DNA of 64,000 nt from Botryllus schlosseri (taxonomy: Eukaryota), in NCBI GenBank assembly GCA_051294905.1, contig CM119384.1, positions 9,920,001 through 9,984,000 of the forward strand, in the 5' to 3' direction. The notes under the pieces are model-generated. The model was not told the origin of the DNA, made no database searches, and saw only the letters and a program-made list of their open reading frames with translations. Positions 38,001-49,000 of the stretch are shown here, piece after piece. The translations under genes and the position numbers were made by a program. Position 1 is the first letter of the stretch. The number at the start of each line of letters is the position of its first letter.

Positions 38001-39868
38001 CCTCCGCGAGTAATACAAAACAGTATCGCCTTGACCATTGACCGCTTTTCTCGCGATAACGGATTCTATAGCCTACTAATAACTCTTACACATCATATCC
38101 ACCGCGATTCCCATGCATCGTATAGTGCTTCTATATACTTCTACAAATCAACTTTAGAAGCCATGACCATCAAACACAGATGCTGAAACCTGTTGTCATC
38201 CATAGTCAGCGCCGATATTACGGAAGAGCATGAGACAGATCACGCGCAAGTTATTAATCTGCCAGGCGAGGTCATTCATGAAACCTTATTGAAAGAGCAA
38301 TCGACATTATTTCGCAACCACATTACACGTCACAATCATGCGATTACAAATGCATTCCATTATGCAATTACGGTCTCTATACTACAATCATCACCTTGCT
38401 TTCCAAACAGAAATAGTTATCAATAATAGAAACTAGAATAACGTCAATATTTTTGTTATCAACATTATTAATCAAAATAATTTATTATACGTTATTCGAA
38501 ATGTCTACCATCCGACAAGCCTGTATTCTGTACCGTGTCGATCTCTGGCTAATTGGCATGTTCGCATTATACCCCAGTAATTATTTGCAGTAATAATTGC
38601 AGAAATTAATTACCGTAATTATTCCCTTATATGGTCATTGTCTGTGAAATACGAGAGATTTAAATCCATCCACGTGGTGTGGTATTGAGCTTATTGCACT
38701 ACTGCAATTCCGTCGATCGTAAAGCAATATTTTCGGTCTCAAGTTGATATAGCCTTGTCACGGATACATAGTTATATATATCCCTGAGCCTTGTACACCG
38801 ACCTGCCCTTTTAAATTGCCACATTCAAGACCAGTGGATCTTCGAATTTTCAAATCTTTTCACGTCTGTTTCCTTGTCCGCTAAAATAGCGCTATTTACA
38901 TGAATCTCGAAAGCCCCTTCACGCCACCTGAAGTTTCCGCAAAAGCGTTTCTTACAGATATAAAGGATCAGCAAAGCACGACAAGCATATGCTTTTGGAT
39001 CAGGAAGACTGCTGCAGCGATCCTCGCGGCTCCATTATTTTGATGCGTGTCATTTCCTTCAAGCCGGGCGGAAATAATTAATATTCTAATAGTAGTCAAA
39101 AGCGTAACGTTGGGTGCCGATTTTACTCGAGAATGAGCATCAGTCTGAGAAATGATTGATTGACGTGACGTATAAATGCACCACGTACCGGTATAAGTAT
39201 ATATACAAGGGGAAGTATACGGCAAATGTGTATTTGTAGGTATTTCAAATCCGCACTTACCACGTGATGCTCTGAGATACGTAATAAACATAGTTTTCTA
39301 TACTGCAGAGTGCACAACGCCGTTTCTGCGTAGTGTATAACGGTGTAAGCGCAATGACACATTCATCGATACCTCAAGCTGCAATGGTTTGTAGCCTATA
39401 TCGTCTCTATCAGAGATGTAAGCGAATACATACGATTATCATGACTGTGGTTCGTCCATATTTGTGTAATAAGATTAATGTACGTAATGTATGTACTTTC
39501 AATGCGCCATAGTTTCATCCCAATCCTGCACGATGAAGGTTTGTCTGTGGCGATAATTTGTTACGCACGAAATGCAAAAACACTGGAGCATTGCGGCTTG
39601 CCGATTGCAAAGCTGCAATTCCATCAATATCGACCACGCGAGTAATAAATATCACTACACTTGTCATGTCGTCTGATGGGCTTATTCGCAATGCTTTTTA
39701 CTCGATGTCGTATGAAGGAAATTCCATTGAACAATAGCACTGAGTTGTACTTAAAGTAATTTACTAATAAATAATTTTTCGAGATGTCGTATGTTTCGTA
39801 CTTCGAAGAGCTTCTTCGAGGTACAGAACTTCAATATACAATTGAATAGTGTATTCATATTGAAATGA

Positions 39869-39902
39869 ACCCGAATATTTCCGGCTGACACTCGTCAGGG
39901 GT
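39869..39902 (-). ncRNA. Minimal hammerhead-ribozyme-like motif (Penelope-type), one core substitution
   Basis: accc CTGACGA G tgtcagc C GGA AATATT C gggt; GAA core reads GGA. Confidence 0.45.
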
Positions 39903-40017
39903 AATCGTCAGTGGGCGTTTCCTACTTCCTGCAAAACATCTGCTCGAGTTTTTATACACATGTTGGCGATACCAAACCACATCATTAGTTCGACCACAGT
40001 GTCCTATAATGATGTAG

Positions 40018-40640
40018 CAGTGTTTCTCAATTTTTTTTCTGACCTCGCGGACCGTTAAAATTTCAAAAGATCAAAATTAACCCTAAATTTAAAAACGACA
40101 GATGTATGCAACTGAAATGCGATATTGTAAACTTCATTTAATGCTGCCTTTTTGGTAGTACATATTTACGCGTGATTCTGTTGAAGTTTAAACAAAGGGA
40201 ACCTTGCGAATTCCTGTTAAGGACCATTAACTAGAATGTTCGGTATCTTTTTGAAGGAATGAGATGCTGTTTGCCATACCCTAGGACACTGCTAGTATCG
40301 CCTAATTGCAATGTCGGAATTTAAACGGCTATTGTTCGAAAGTCTTGCGCAGCTTTCACATATAACTTGTCCGCAACGAGTCGTACGCTACTTTAAAACA
40401 ATTTCACCGTTGTGCCATTTGTGACATACGCCCAAAGTAGACCATGAAATCTCGACTACGATTCAATGCAGCTATATACATTCCAACCTTCTCACTCGGT
40501 TTATATTTTGAAGTTTTATTTCTCTAATAATTATTCGACAACCGTCCATCTTCCCCCATTTTGAAATTGAGTTATAAAATTGTGATGCATGTCGCGGACC
40601 GGCCGGAAACTTGCCATGGACCGACGGTTCAAAACCACTG
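40018..40640. mobile_element. Diverged hAT MITE
   Basis: CAGTGTTTCTCAA...TTCAAAACCACTG; no TSD seen. Confidence 0.5.
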
Positions 40641-40736
40641 AGAGACAGTAGACACAGTCAAATCGCACGGCTCACTGCGATGGGATTATACGTCGCATTT
40701 TCCATTTGGCCAAAGGCAATTTTACGGTAATTTTTC

Positions 40737-41209
40737 ACCGGCTTGCCGAGCGCTAGATTTGACAAAACGGGTGTCAATCGAAAGCTACCGCTGTAATGAT
40801 CACTAAAATATCAATTTGATTTCCGCTCATGGCCCTGTAACCCCCCTCCCCCCAAAAAAATGCATTGTAACGGAGTTTTGCATTATGGCGAAACAATGCC
40901 GTCTGGAATAGAAAGGCGCAAAGCAGGAGCAAATACGCAGTGAGAGTGAGAGTGTGAATGCTCAGCTCATGTTCAATCGCTTGCGCAACGACGGCCAATA
41001 CACTTGCGGTTTGCGCTGCTCTTCACTTCCTTCCAGACGGCGGCAGTATTGCGCTACAATACCGAACTCAGTTACAATTCAAAATTTGAGGCTAATTTTG
41101 GGAGGCACCAGGACCACAAGCAGAATAACATATATGTATTCGTAATCAGTACCGCGGTCGCTTTCGATTGATACCAATTTAGACGAATTTCGCGCTCGGC
41201 AAGCCAGTC
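40737..41209. mobile_element. MITE, CCGGCTTGCCGA family
   Basis: Colinear with 16705-17166. Confidence 0.7.
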
Positions 41210-41620
41210 TAATAGTGCCGTAAATTGCCTTTGGTCAAATGGAAATAATGACGTAACCCAATCGCAGTGAGCGGTGAGATTTGCTTGTGTCACCACCATT
41301 GTAGGACACTATGGTTCGACACTTGAGAAAGGAGTGGCGCCGTCATCACGACACCAATAATTTCTGGTTAAGTTTCGGCAATGTCATGTTTCTATGTCCA
41401 AAGTTGGCAGCAGAGCCCTGAAGTAAAAGAGAATGAAGAGTGGGAGTGCGCAACTGCGCATACAAGAAAACGTCATCTCGATGCCCATTGCCCAAAGCAA
41501 ATATACTGAACTTTAAGAAATGCACTGTCGTAGCGCACAAGGCCTGAACAGGCGACTAGCGCCACCGTCGTTGTGTAGTAAAATTCTAATAATAGCACAA
41601 GAAGTCAGCTTACCAGCCCC

Positions 41621-41956
41621 ATGTATATAGATGAGCTTTCATGGACCTGGCTGTCGAGCTCTGGCTTGAAACCGGCAAGAGAAAGATTCATTTTTGCAGC
41701 ACCAGACCAATCGCTCAACTACAAAGTACTATCGCAAAAGAAATCTGAAACAAAACAGACGGCAAATTCAGAGTTTCAAAACCTAAATGAAACTTTAGCA
41801 CATTTCATGTCCGACTGTGGCGCACTTGCACTTGCAGTCACCGAATACACATGGAGACACATCAGGATCAGCCACTACATTCATCTTGCATTATGCAAAC
41901 ATTTTAACACCACCACCTCGACAGAAAATGGTACGATCACACTCCAGCATCAGTGA
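41621..41956 (+). pseudogene. R4/Dong-type non-LTR retrotransposon remnant
   Basis: DELSWTWLSSSGLKPARERFIFAAPDQSL...ETLAHFMSDC..EYTWRH...IHLALCKHF resembles the decayed CCHC region before the REL endonuclease. Confidence 0.7.
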
Positions 41957-42019
41957 CAGTAAACGTCCAAGTAAAAATTCTGTGGGATGTACCAGTTATA
42001 CCTGACCGCGAAATCAGGA

Positions 42020-42990
42020 GCAACCGCTTTCGTCCCATAATATAGCCTTCGTTTTGACGCCGCGAACTCCCAGATATTGTTCGTGAACTCCCGGGACAAC
42101 CTAACCGTTGTTATCGCTGGCCAATTAATTTCCAACGCCAAAAATGCCAAATACCTTGGTGTTTTATTGGATTCGGACATGTCTTGGAAGAGTCACATGC
42201 AATCGCTAAAACCTCATTTATCGAAGTGACCCGTTCCGCCGTCTTAGTCACTCCCTGACGATTCGGTTTCTGTTTATACTCTTCAACTCTTCATTTCAAT
42301 CCAAGTTACAATACGGAATTCTTTGCTGGGTTGCTGCCTGCACGAATACGATTGACCCATTGCAAAAACTACAACATCGGATTCTCCGTATCATTTTCAA
42401 GGCTCCAAGTGCTGGGCTTGGATGTGCAGCTTATAAATCACTACCCACAAGATTTGGTGATCTAAACATAAAAGGCATGAGGAAGCTAGAAATTTTGCCG
42501 TTCCGTTGTGGTTACAGTCGAACAAATTTCAACTATACTTGACCTCGGAATCAAAAGCCCACGCCTACCGCACACGCGCGTCCGAAGTCGAAGAACAACT
42601 ATGCCATATGATCAGGACGCAACACAAGAAAACGCAGCGCTCTATCAATTATGCCGTACCTGTGGTGTGGAACAGCATCTCGCCGGTTATCGGATATCCG
42701 CTATTCTATAGTCGTGGAGCATGTCCAATTGTCCATGTCCTCCACATTAAAATCGAAATACAAGCAGTTTCTACTTGCATGCCCTCAAGATTACCGAACC
42801 ACAATATGACATATCGACCTCGCCTACCGACACATGCAGAATTCATTTTTGTCGGTTACTTTTATGTTATACTTTCTTTTATCCAGTGTGCTGTGCATGC
42901 TCCGAATTTACATGCTGTAGGATAAGGTGAGTGTCTGATTAAAAGACCACTCCAAGTCGTTTCGGCACCCTCCTATTTCAATTTCAATTT
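42020..42990 (+). pseudogene. 5'-truncated LINE (L2/CR1-group) RT C-terminal remnant
   Basis: KYLGVLLDSDMSWKSHM...KLQYGILCW...LQKLQHRILRIIF with stops; ttcaatttcaattt tail. Confidence 0.8.
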
Positions 42991-44350
42991 TATCGAAATC
43001 ATGCGGTCTATTGATTTGACAAAAATTTTAATGAAATGATGATGACCGGCCAGACGATAATCAAACTAAAAGAAGAGTGAATGCTTATTCATTGAATTTG
43101 CCAGCTGATCAAAACACACAACAAAAGGAAACAGAAAAAAAATCAGAATACGCAGAACTCAGAATGGAAAGTGAAAAATGCGGCGATGCAAAATTAACAT
43201 TGTATCGATAGTCATTCGCACTGCAGTGGTCGGAAGCAGAAAAGCCACGAGACATATCCAACAGATTACGGAAAACGTTTGATTCGACATGGTCCAAAAG
43301 ATCACGTTTTTAGGCACTGTGCATATTCTTGGGAAGACCTTAAATGCACCACTGGACTAACATTACACTTTTACGCGAAAATCACAGCGTAATTTGTGTA
43401 ATTTCGATTCTTCATTTTGAATCATCTCTACCTCTGCAACCCTTGCCAATTCTTTATCCACCGCAATTCTGTAATCTGACCTCTTTATGTATTGCATAGA
43501 AACAACAATGTGACTGTATTACTTAAAAAAAAATTTAAATACTTCAATCTCGCCATTTTACTTCGGGGTCAGGTTGCTTCCGGAATTAAGAGTGCATTAA
43601 CCAGTTTTACAGTGGATAAAGAATATAATAATAATTAGTTCGACACTATAGTGGATTCAGATAGTCAATCGATATTATTGGTGCTGTCGGACTTGCTTAA
43701 GCTGTCGTTCTCCAACTAGGGGAAGTTAGGCGCGAAGAACGGATAACATGCCACATACCTCACGAAAACGAATCCACGAGAAAGAGATTAAGGTAGCGCC
43801 CCGATTATTTTGTCAAATGTCAGATGTTGGGGATTTGTTTGTAACTTTGTATACACGACCGATTCTTCGTGAACGCTGGAATTCTCGCAACCTCGTGGTA
43901 CCGCTCTTGGGAATATTCCCCCTATCGCAATAACGGCGAATTCGTTCATTATAATATTATTAACATATTTAATTCGATTAACATTAGGTATCGACCCCTG
44001 AAAATAAGTGAAGGCAATGAATTTATACATAATATATACACTTGGGCGGCTAGATGAATTTAATGAGAGAAAGCATTGGATCGTCTGGGTATGCCATTCC
44101 ATCATTTCGTCTCGAAAGTAGGGAAAATGATATGAAGTATAATTTTGATGCCAACTCTCTTTCCTCCTTTAAACAATGCTAAATATAGCACACGCGCATC
44201 TGGTACAACACTACATTGTTCTGTCAGAATTATACGACTCCCAATTCCACCTCTGTTGACAAGGACATCAGCAGTTTGATGTATAGGCTAACTGTACAGT
44301 GTGCAGCACAGAAAAGCGAAGTCGGGAATTGGTGCTCAATCAGTAATGAG

Positions 44351-45195
44351 TAGGGCGATTTTTTTTTGAAATGTCAAAATAAGTCACAATTTTGTCAAAA
44401 TTGTCAAAAAATTGTAAAATTTGTTTAAAAAGACAGAATTTTTTGCAACCTGCATATCTTTTGTATCGTAGATGTTTGCACTGTCGGTGATCTTGTCATT
44501 TGACACTTTGCAGCATGTAGCCTACTTTACAGGCTTACCGTTGTAGACGGCCCATTGTCTGATGCTCATTGTGAATCATAAACGGTCTAATGAATCAAAT
44601 AGGTTGACATGGCGTTATGCTCAACCGCAATATCTAACTGAAGCAAGACTGCGTGGGCACTGGGCATTGGTTCTTATACCAAGAAGCGCATGATAAAAAA
44701 TTGTGATATAGACAACATTGTCAGAGTGAAGCAACACGGTGTGGCACCAGCAGTGCACGCACAACTTCAGTGTTGCCAGCCAACAATTGCTGCGGTTGAA
44801 CGTTCTTTCTCCATTCATGGCAAGCTACTTAGTGGTTCTAGCCGAGAATGTAGGAAAGTATTTTTCGTTGTACTGCAACAATTTTCTATTATTTTTACCA
44901 TAATGCATGATGTAACTACTGGAATTCTTCATTGGTCCAGCTTTCGTTAAAATAATTTTTTTTTCATGTAAAAATTTGTCAGTTTTTACCTCAAAAAAGT
45001 TTTTTCAGGCCAAACTACTTCTTACGGACAGACAGTTCAAACCAGAAATAAAGATAAGTAGTACAAATATAAAATTATGTGCGAAAACACGTAATTTGCA
45101 CACATAAGGTGAAATTCATTTTTTTAGGGTAAAAAATGCAACAATTTCGATTTTTTCGTCAAAATCTTCCGTTTTAGGTCAAAACAGTCGCCCTA
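44351..45195 (+). mobile_element. hAT deletion derivative with TAGGGCGA TIRs and transposase remnant
   Basis: Perfect TSD GTAATGAG; ORF 44690-44950 contains QCCQPTIAAVERSFS (hAT dimerisation motif). Confidence 0.85.
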
Positions 45196-45974
45196 GTAAT
45201 GAGCATGTCTCGTAATTCAAAATCTCCTGATATCTCTTCCCCATTAATGTTTTAGCGTATCCTACGATGTCCCGTTGAAAGAAAATTGCTCGCCCACGTT
45301 CTATGTGCATTGTGCAATTCCTCACTTGCGTTTAGCAGCCTCCTGCAGAACATTGAAACACCAACTCTACAAATATAGACAGAGACGGGCGGGTGATTAT
45401 TAACTTCACTAAGCCGTTATGGGTATTTTCTGTCTTTTCATATCGATTTGTTGTATGATCCTTTGAAACCGATCAATGAAGAAATGAAAGAGAACCGCTG
45501 TTAGTTCAATTATAGTAGGGACTGTCACGAGAGGTACAGATGCGCACCTGTCTATGTTAAGGCGATCTATTTTCGGTTAGTAGAACCTCCAGAATCACAC
45601 CGACGCGACTTGATACCCACTGTCCCCCCTAATGACACGTATGTCAATGACATAATATGCCATCAGTTGCCCAAAATGTCAGGAGATGTGAGAACATAAT
45701 GCGCGCGGCTGTCATGGGTGAGAGAGCATCGTTTTACATTTTACTTTCTACACCACATTCTTCTTTCGTTCACAACGGGATTTGAGAAACCGAAATCATA
45801 CCGACGAGAGTCCGCGTCGGGAATTGTCTTTAGGTATTCCGATACTTTCGATGAAGATAACTTGCAGGACTTTCCATGTTAATCACCAGTGTCGTTGGTA
45901 GTACCGCGCTCGGCGTAACTAATTATATGTTTGCAGACTTAGCGTGAAGTTAATGTGTGAAGACTGTTTCGATC

Positions 45975-46056
45975 ATGAGTGGGATTCAGAGGACGTTGAT
46001 GCTTTTCGTGGCGCTAAATTGCTTCTTCGTCAGTGGAAAAAGCTTCGATATTAAAG
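45975..46056 (+). CDS. SCUBE: SCUBE exon 1, signal peptide
   Basis: [28 protein letters not shown]|gtaaca. Confidence 0.75.
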
Positions 46057-49000
46057 GTAACAGTACATTAGAATATTCCAGATATAGAACTGTGAGTTGG
46101 AGTCAATCCGAATTTAGTGAAAATATTCCTACGTCTCGTGAAATGCAATACATCGCCAGGACAAATGAGACGCACTTTCGTCTTTTATCAGTCCCGGTAG
46201 CGGCTATGGAGCTAAATCTAGGGGTATTCAATACAATATGGCTCAAGTATATAAATCAATAGATAAGGACTCTTTCTCCTCTCTCGCTAATCGCCATGAC
46301 TCACTCAATCAGTTTGAATGTTTACAAAGTAGGCTAACACTACTTGCGATGTATTCTGGCAGCTCTCACTGGCTGTATTACCCCAAACCAGACAAGCGTG
46401 TCTCCTTGAGTTCAGATGAATCATTGTTCATGAGAACCTTGACAAAACATCTGTCATTTATCCAGTGGGATGTGGATAGCTTCTGTCAGACAAAGGAGCG
46501 TGATTCGGATTGAAATGTACTGGCGGAGTATATATTGATAGATATTTGATAAGTCTCAGAAAAGTGTACGCAAGCTCTTCCGGAAAACATCAAATCTAAT
46601 TGACCTCAAGCTTGAAACGAGTGATGAGATACATTGTTTGCAAGTTAATCTTTTACGAAATTCCCACGATGTGCGCGTTCTTAATTATGAACGCAATTAT
46701 ATCTACTTTACCGGCATACATTGCTGATTGCTAAGTCCCGATTTGTCATGACAAATAATGATGTATGTGGAATGTGAAGCCATGAATTCGCAAATCATGT
46801 TTTGTAATTGCTGCTAAATTGTATCAGTGGCCTCGGTTAAGTTTGATCCGGGATGCATATTGTAAATTATCGCTGTTATATCACTATATTTCAGATTTAT
46901 TCCAAAAAGCTGGCTTGAAACGAGTAAAAAGAAGTAAGTATTTAATTTTTGTTACTCGAGTTGATATTTCCACTGTTCTTTGAGACTAAATTAAATTAAA
47001 TGAACTATAGTCACGTCTGCTGCATTAAGGTAAGCGTATCTGTCCAACAGGTGATCAATCTAACTTACGGCGTACATACCATCACTTTAAGTTTCGGATA
47101 CAGTATCTTAGTGAATTTTAAGTACACTTCGAGTTCGACATGTGTTCGAACATTCTCCATCGACGAATAAGATCGATCGGACATCGCAACATCAATCTAA
47201 CTGTCACAGTGCCCGTGACGTGCACACCTGAGGTGAAAACTATTCCGTAATGTCCTTGATCTCAACAGCATACCTAGGTATATCGCTCCTGGAAATCGTT
47301 AAACCAAGATTACTAAAATGCACGCATAAAGTGCATGATCTCCAACTCCAAGTATCGGGTGTCGGTTAATTAAGGTTCCCCTAACAATCAAGGTTAAAAA
47401 TTGGTGTGAATATATGGGAGATTGTGATGACCCGACCGCCGTGTCGATACACTGGGCTATCGACCATTCGCATCAATTCAGCGCTAGGAGCTGTCACTAA
47501 GTCACCTATTTGGACCATTTCGCGCTGAATATCGAAGGGCTAAATATTTTTTGAATCCTGTAGCTGCGAGTTGCTCAATAGACAACGGAGGCTGTGATAT
47601 CGATTGTGAAGACACGCCTGTTGGAGCGCAGTGCTCTTGTCCGGAAGGGTTTAATCCAAGGTTGGATGGACGGTCATGTGAAGGTAGAGCTATGAATGGT
47701 GATTGATGCCTTTTTGTGTGTTATTTTATGAACTTTATAAAATATGAGTACTATAACTGAGTCAATCCCATCTAATACTGATCACGTCGATGCCTGCTAA
47801 TTTTGTGTTGAATACTTAATCGTGATAGGCCTATATATGCGTTATCCCGTTCTAGAGAATTGATCTAGATTATGTGTATCGTTGATGATTGTACTATTTG
47901 GACAACTTTCGTGGGTATGGTTGATTTCTATGCACTTAGTTCGTGTTAAATACATGGCTATTTCCGGTTCCGAGAAATGTGTAAGAAAAATCGTAATTCC
48001 TATTTACTATAAACACCGTTACGCTTCGGTGGATTCTTAAGTGGCACCCAGACTTCTGTGGGTTTCCGCATAATATATCTTGTTGCAAGATAAATGTGAG
48101 ACTCACTCTCTCTATATATACATTCTATACATATATAAATAGAAATGTAGAAATTGAGAAAACGCTGCCTCGTTATCGGAATATATTTATATTGAAGCTC
48201 GTGAAGTTTAATGTGAAGCAGAACTTATTGACCCCGTTGTCAAGTCAAGTGCTGGAAACCATGAGGAAAAATCTAATATGTTTACATACCTCAATCGTGT
48301 TTAGACATAAACGAATGTGAAACCAATAATGGAGGGTGTGAGTCAAATTGCCACAACAGCCATAGCAGTTATCGCTGCAGTTGTGAAGCGGGTTTCAAGT
48401 TGAATACGGACGAAAAGACCTGTAGTGGTAAGCTGTTTTTTATCATGGGCCGGGGATGATTCTCAGGGCTCGTTCGTGATGCTGTAAGGAGAAATAGTGT
48501 ACGGCAAGCCCGTTCGGACTGGGAACTAATTCTGGAAATTAGTGATGGGACTGTATGAACTCGTTTAGACACTTCTCGGATGCGACAGAGTGAATCGCAC
48601 CGAGGCAACTGAGAATATAATAGGATTGGGATCCTTTCTCGTGGTATAATAGGGACGACATGCTATCTGGTTCTATACCATTACCAAGAAAACCATTACC
48701 GAGAATCGGCATTACCAAGAATGCCATTACCAAGAACTGGCATTACTGAGAATGGTCACTACCGAGAATGGACACTACCGAGAATTGACATTACCGAGAA
48801 TGGCCAATGCCAAGAATTTCACTTACTGAGACGGCGTTGTCGAGAAATTTATATCTGAGAATCGACACCGAATGCGGCAAAGCCATAATGCACATACAGA
48901 CGACTGGTGCATATGCATAACATGCCTGCATTGCATACATTGCATTCTCGGTAATGGCCATTCGAGGTGGTGTCCATTCTCGGTAATGTCCATTCTCTGT

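Noticed and set aside
39790-39830. Second hammerhead-like string on minus strand (CTCGAAGAAG...CGAAAC)
   Set aside because: Core disrupted and helices not convincing
43159-43290. accATG followed by signal-peptide-like MSNQTFSVICWICLVAFLLPTTA on minus strand
   Set aside because: No strong donor and no downstream exons found; may be chance
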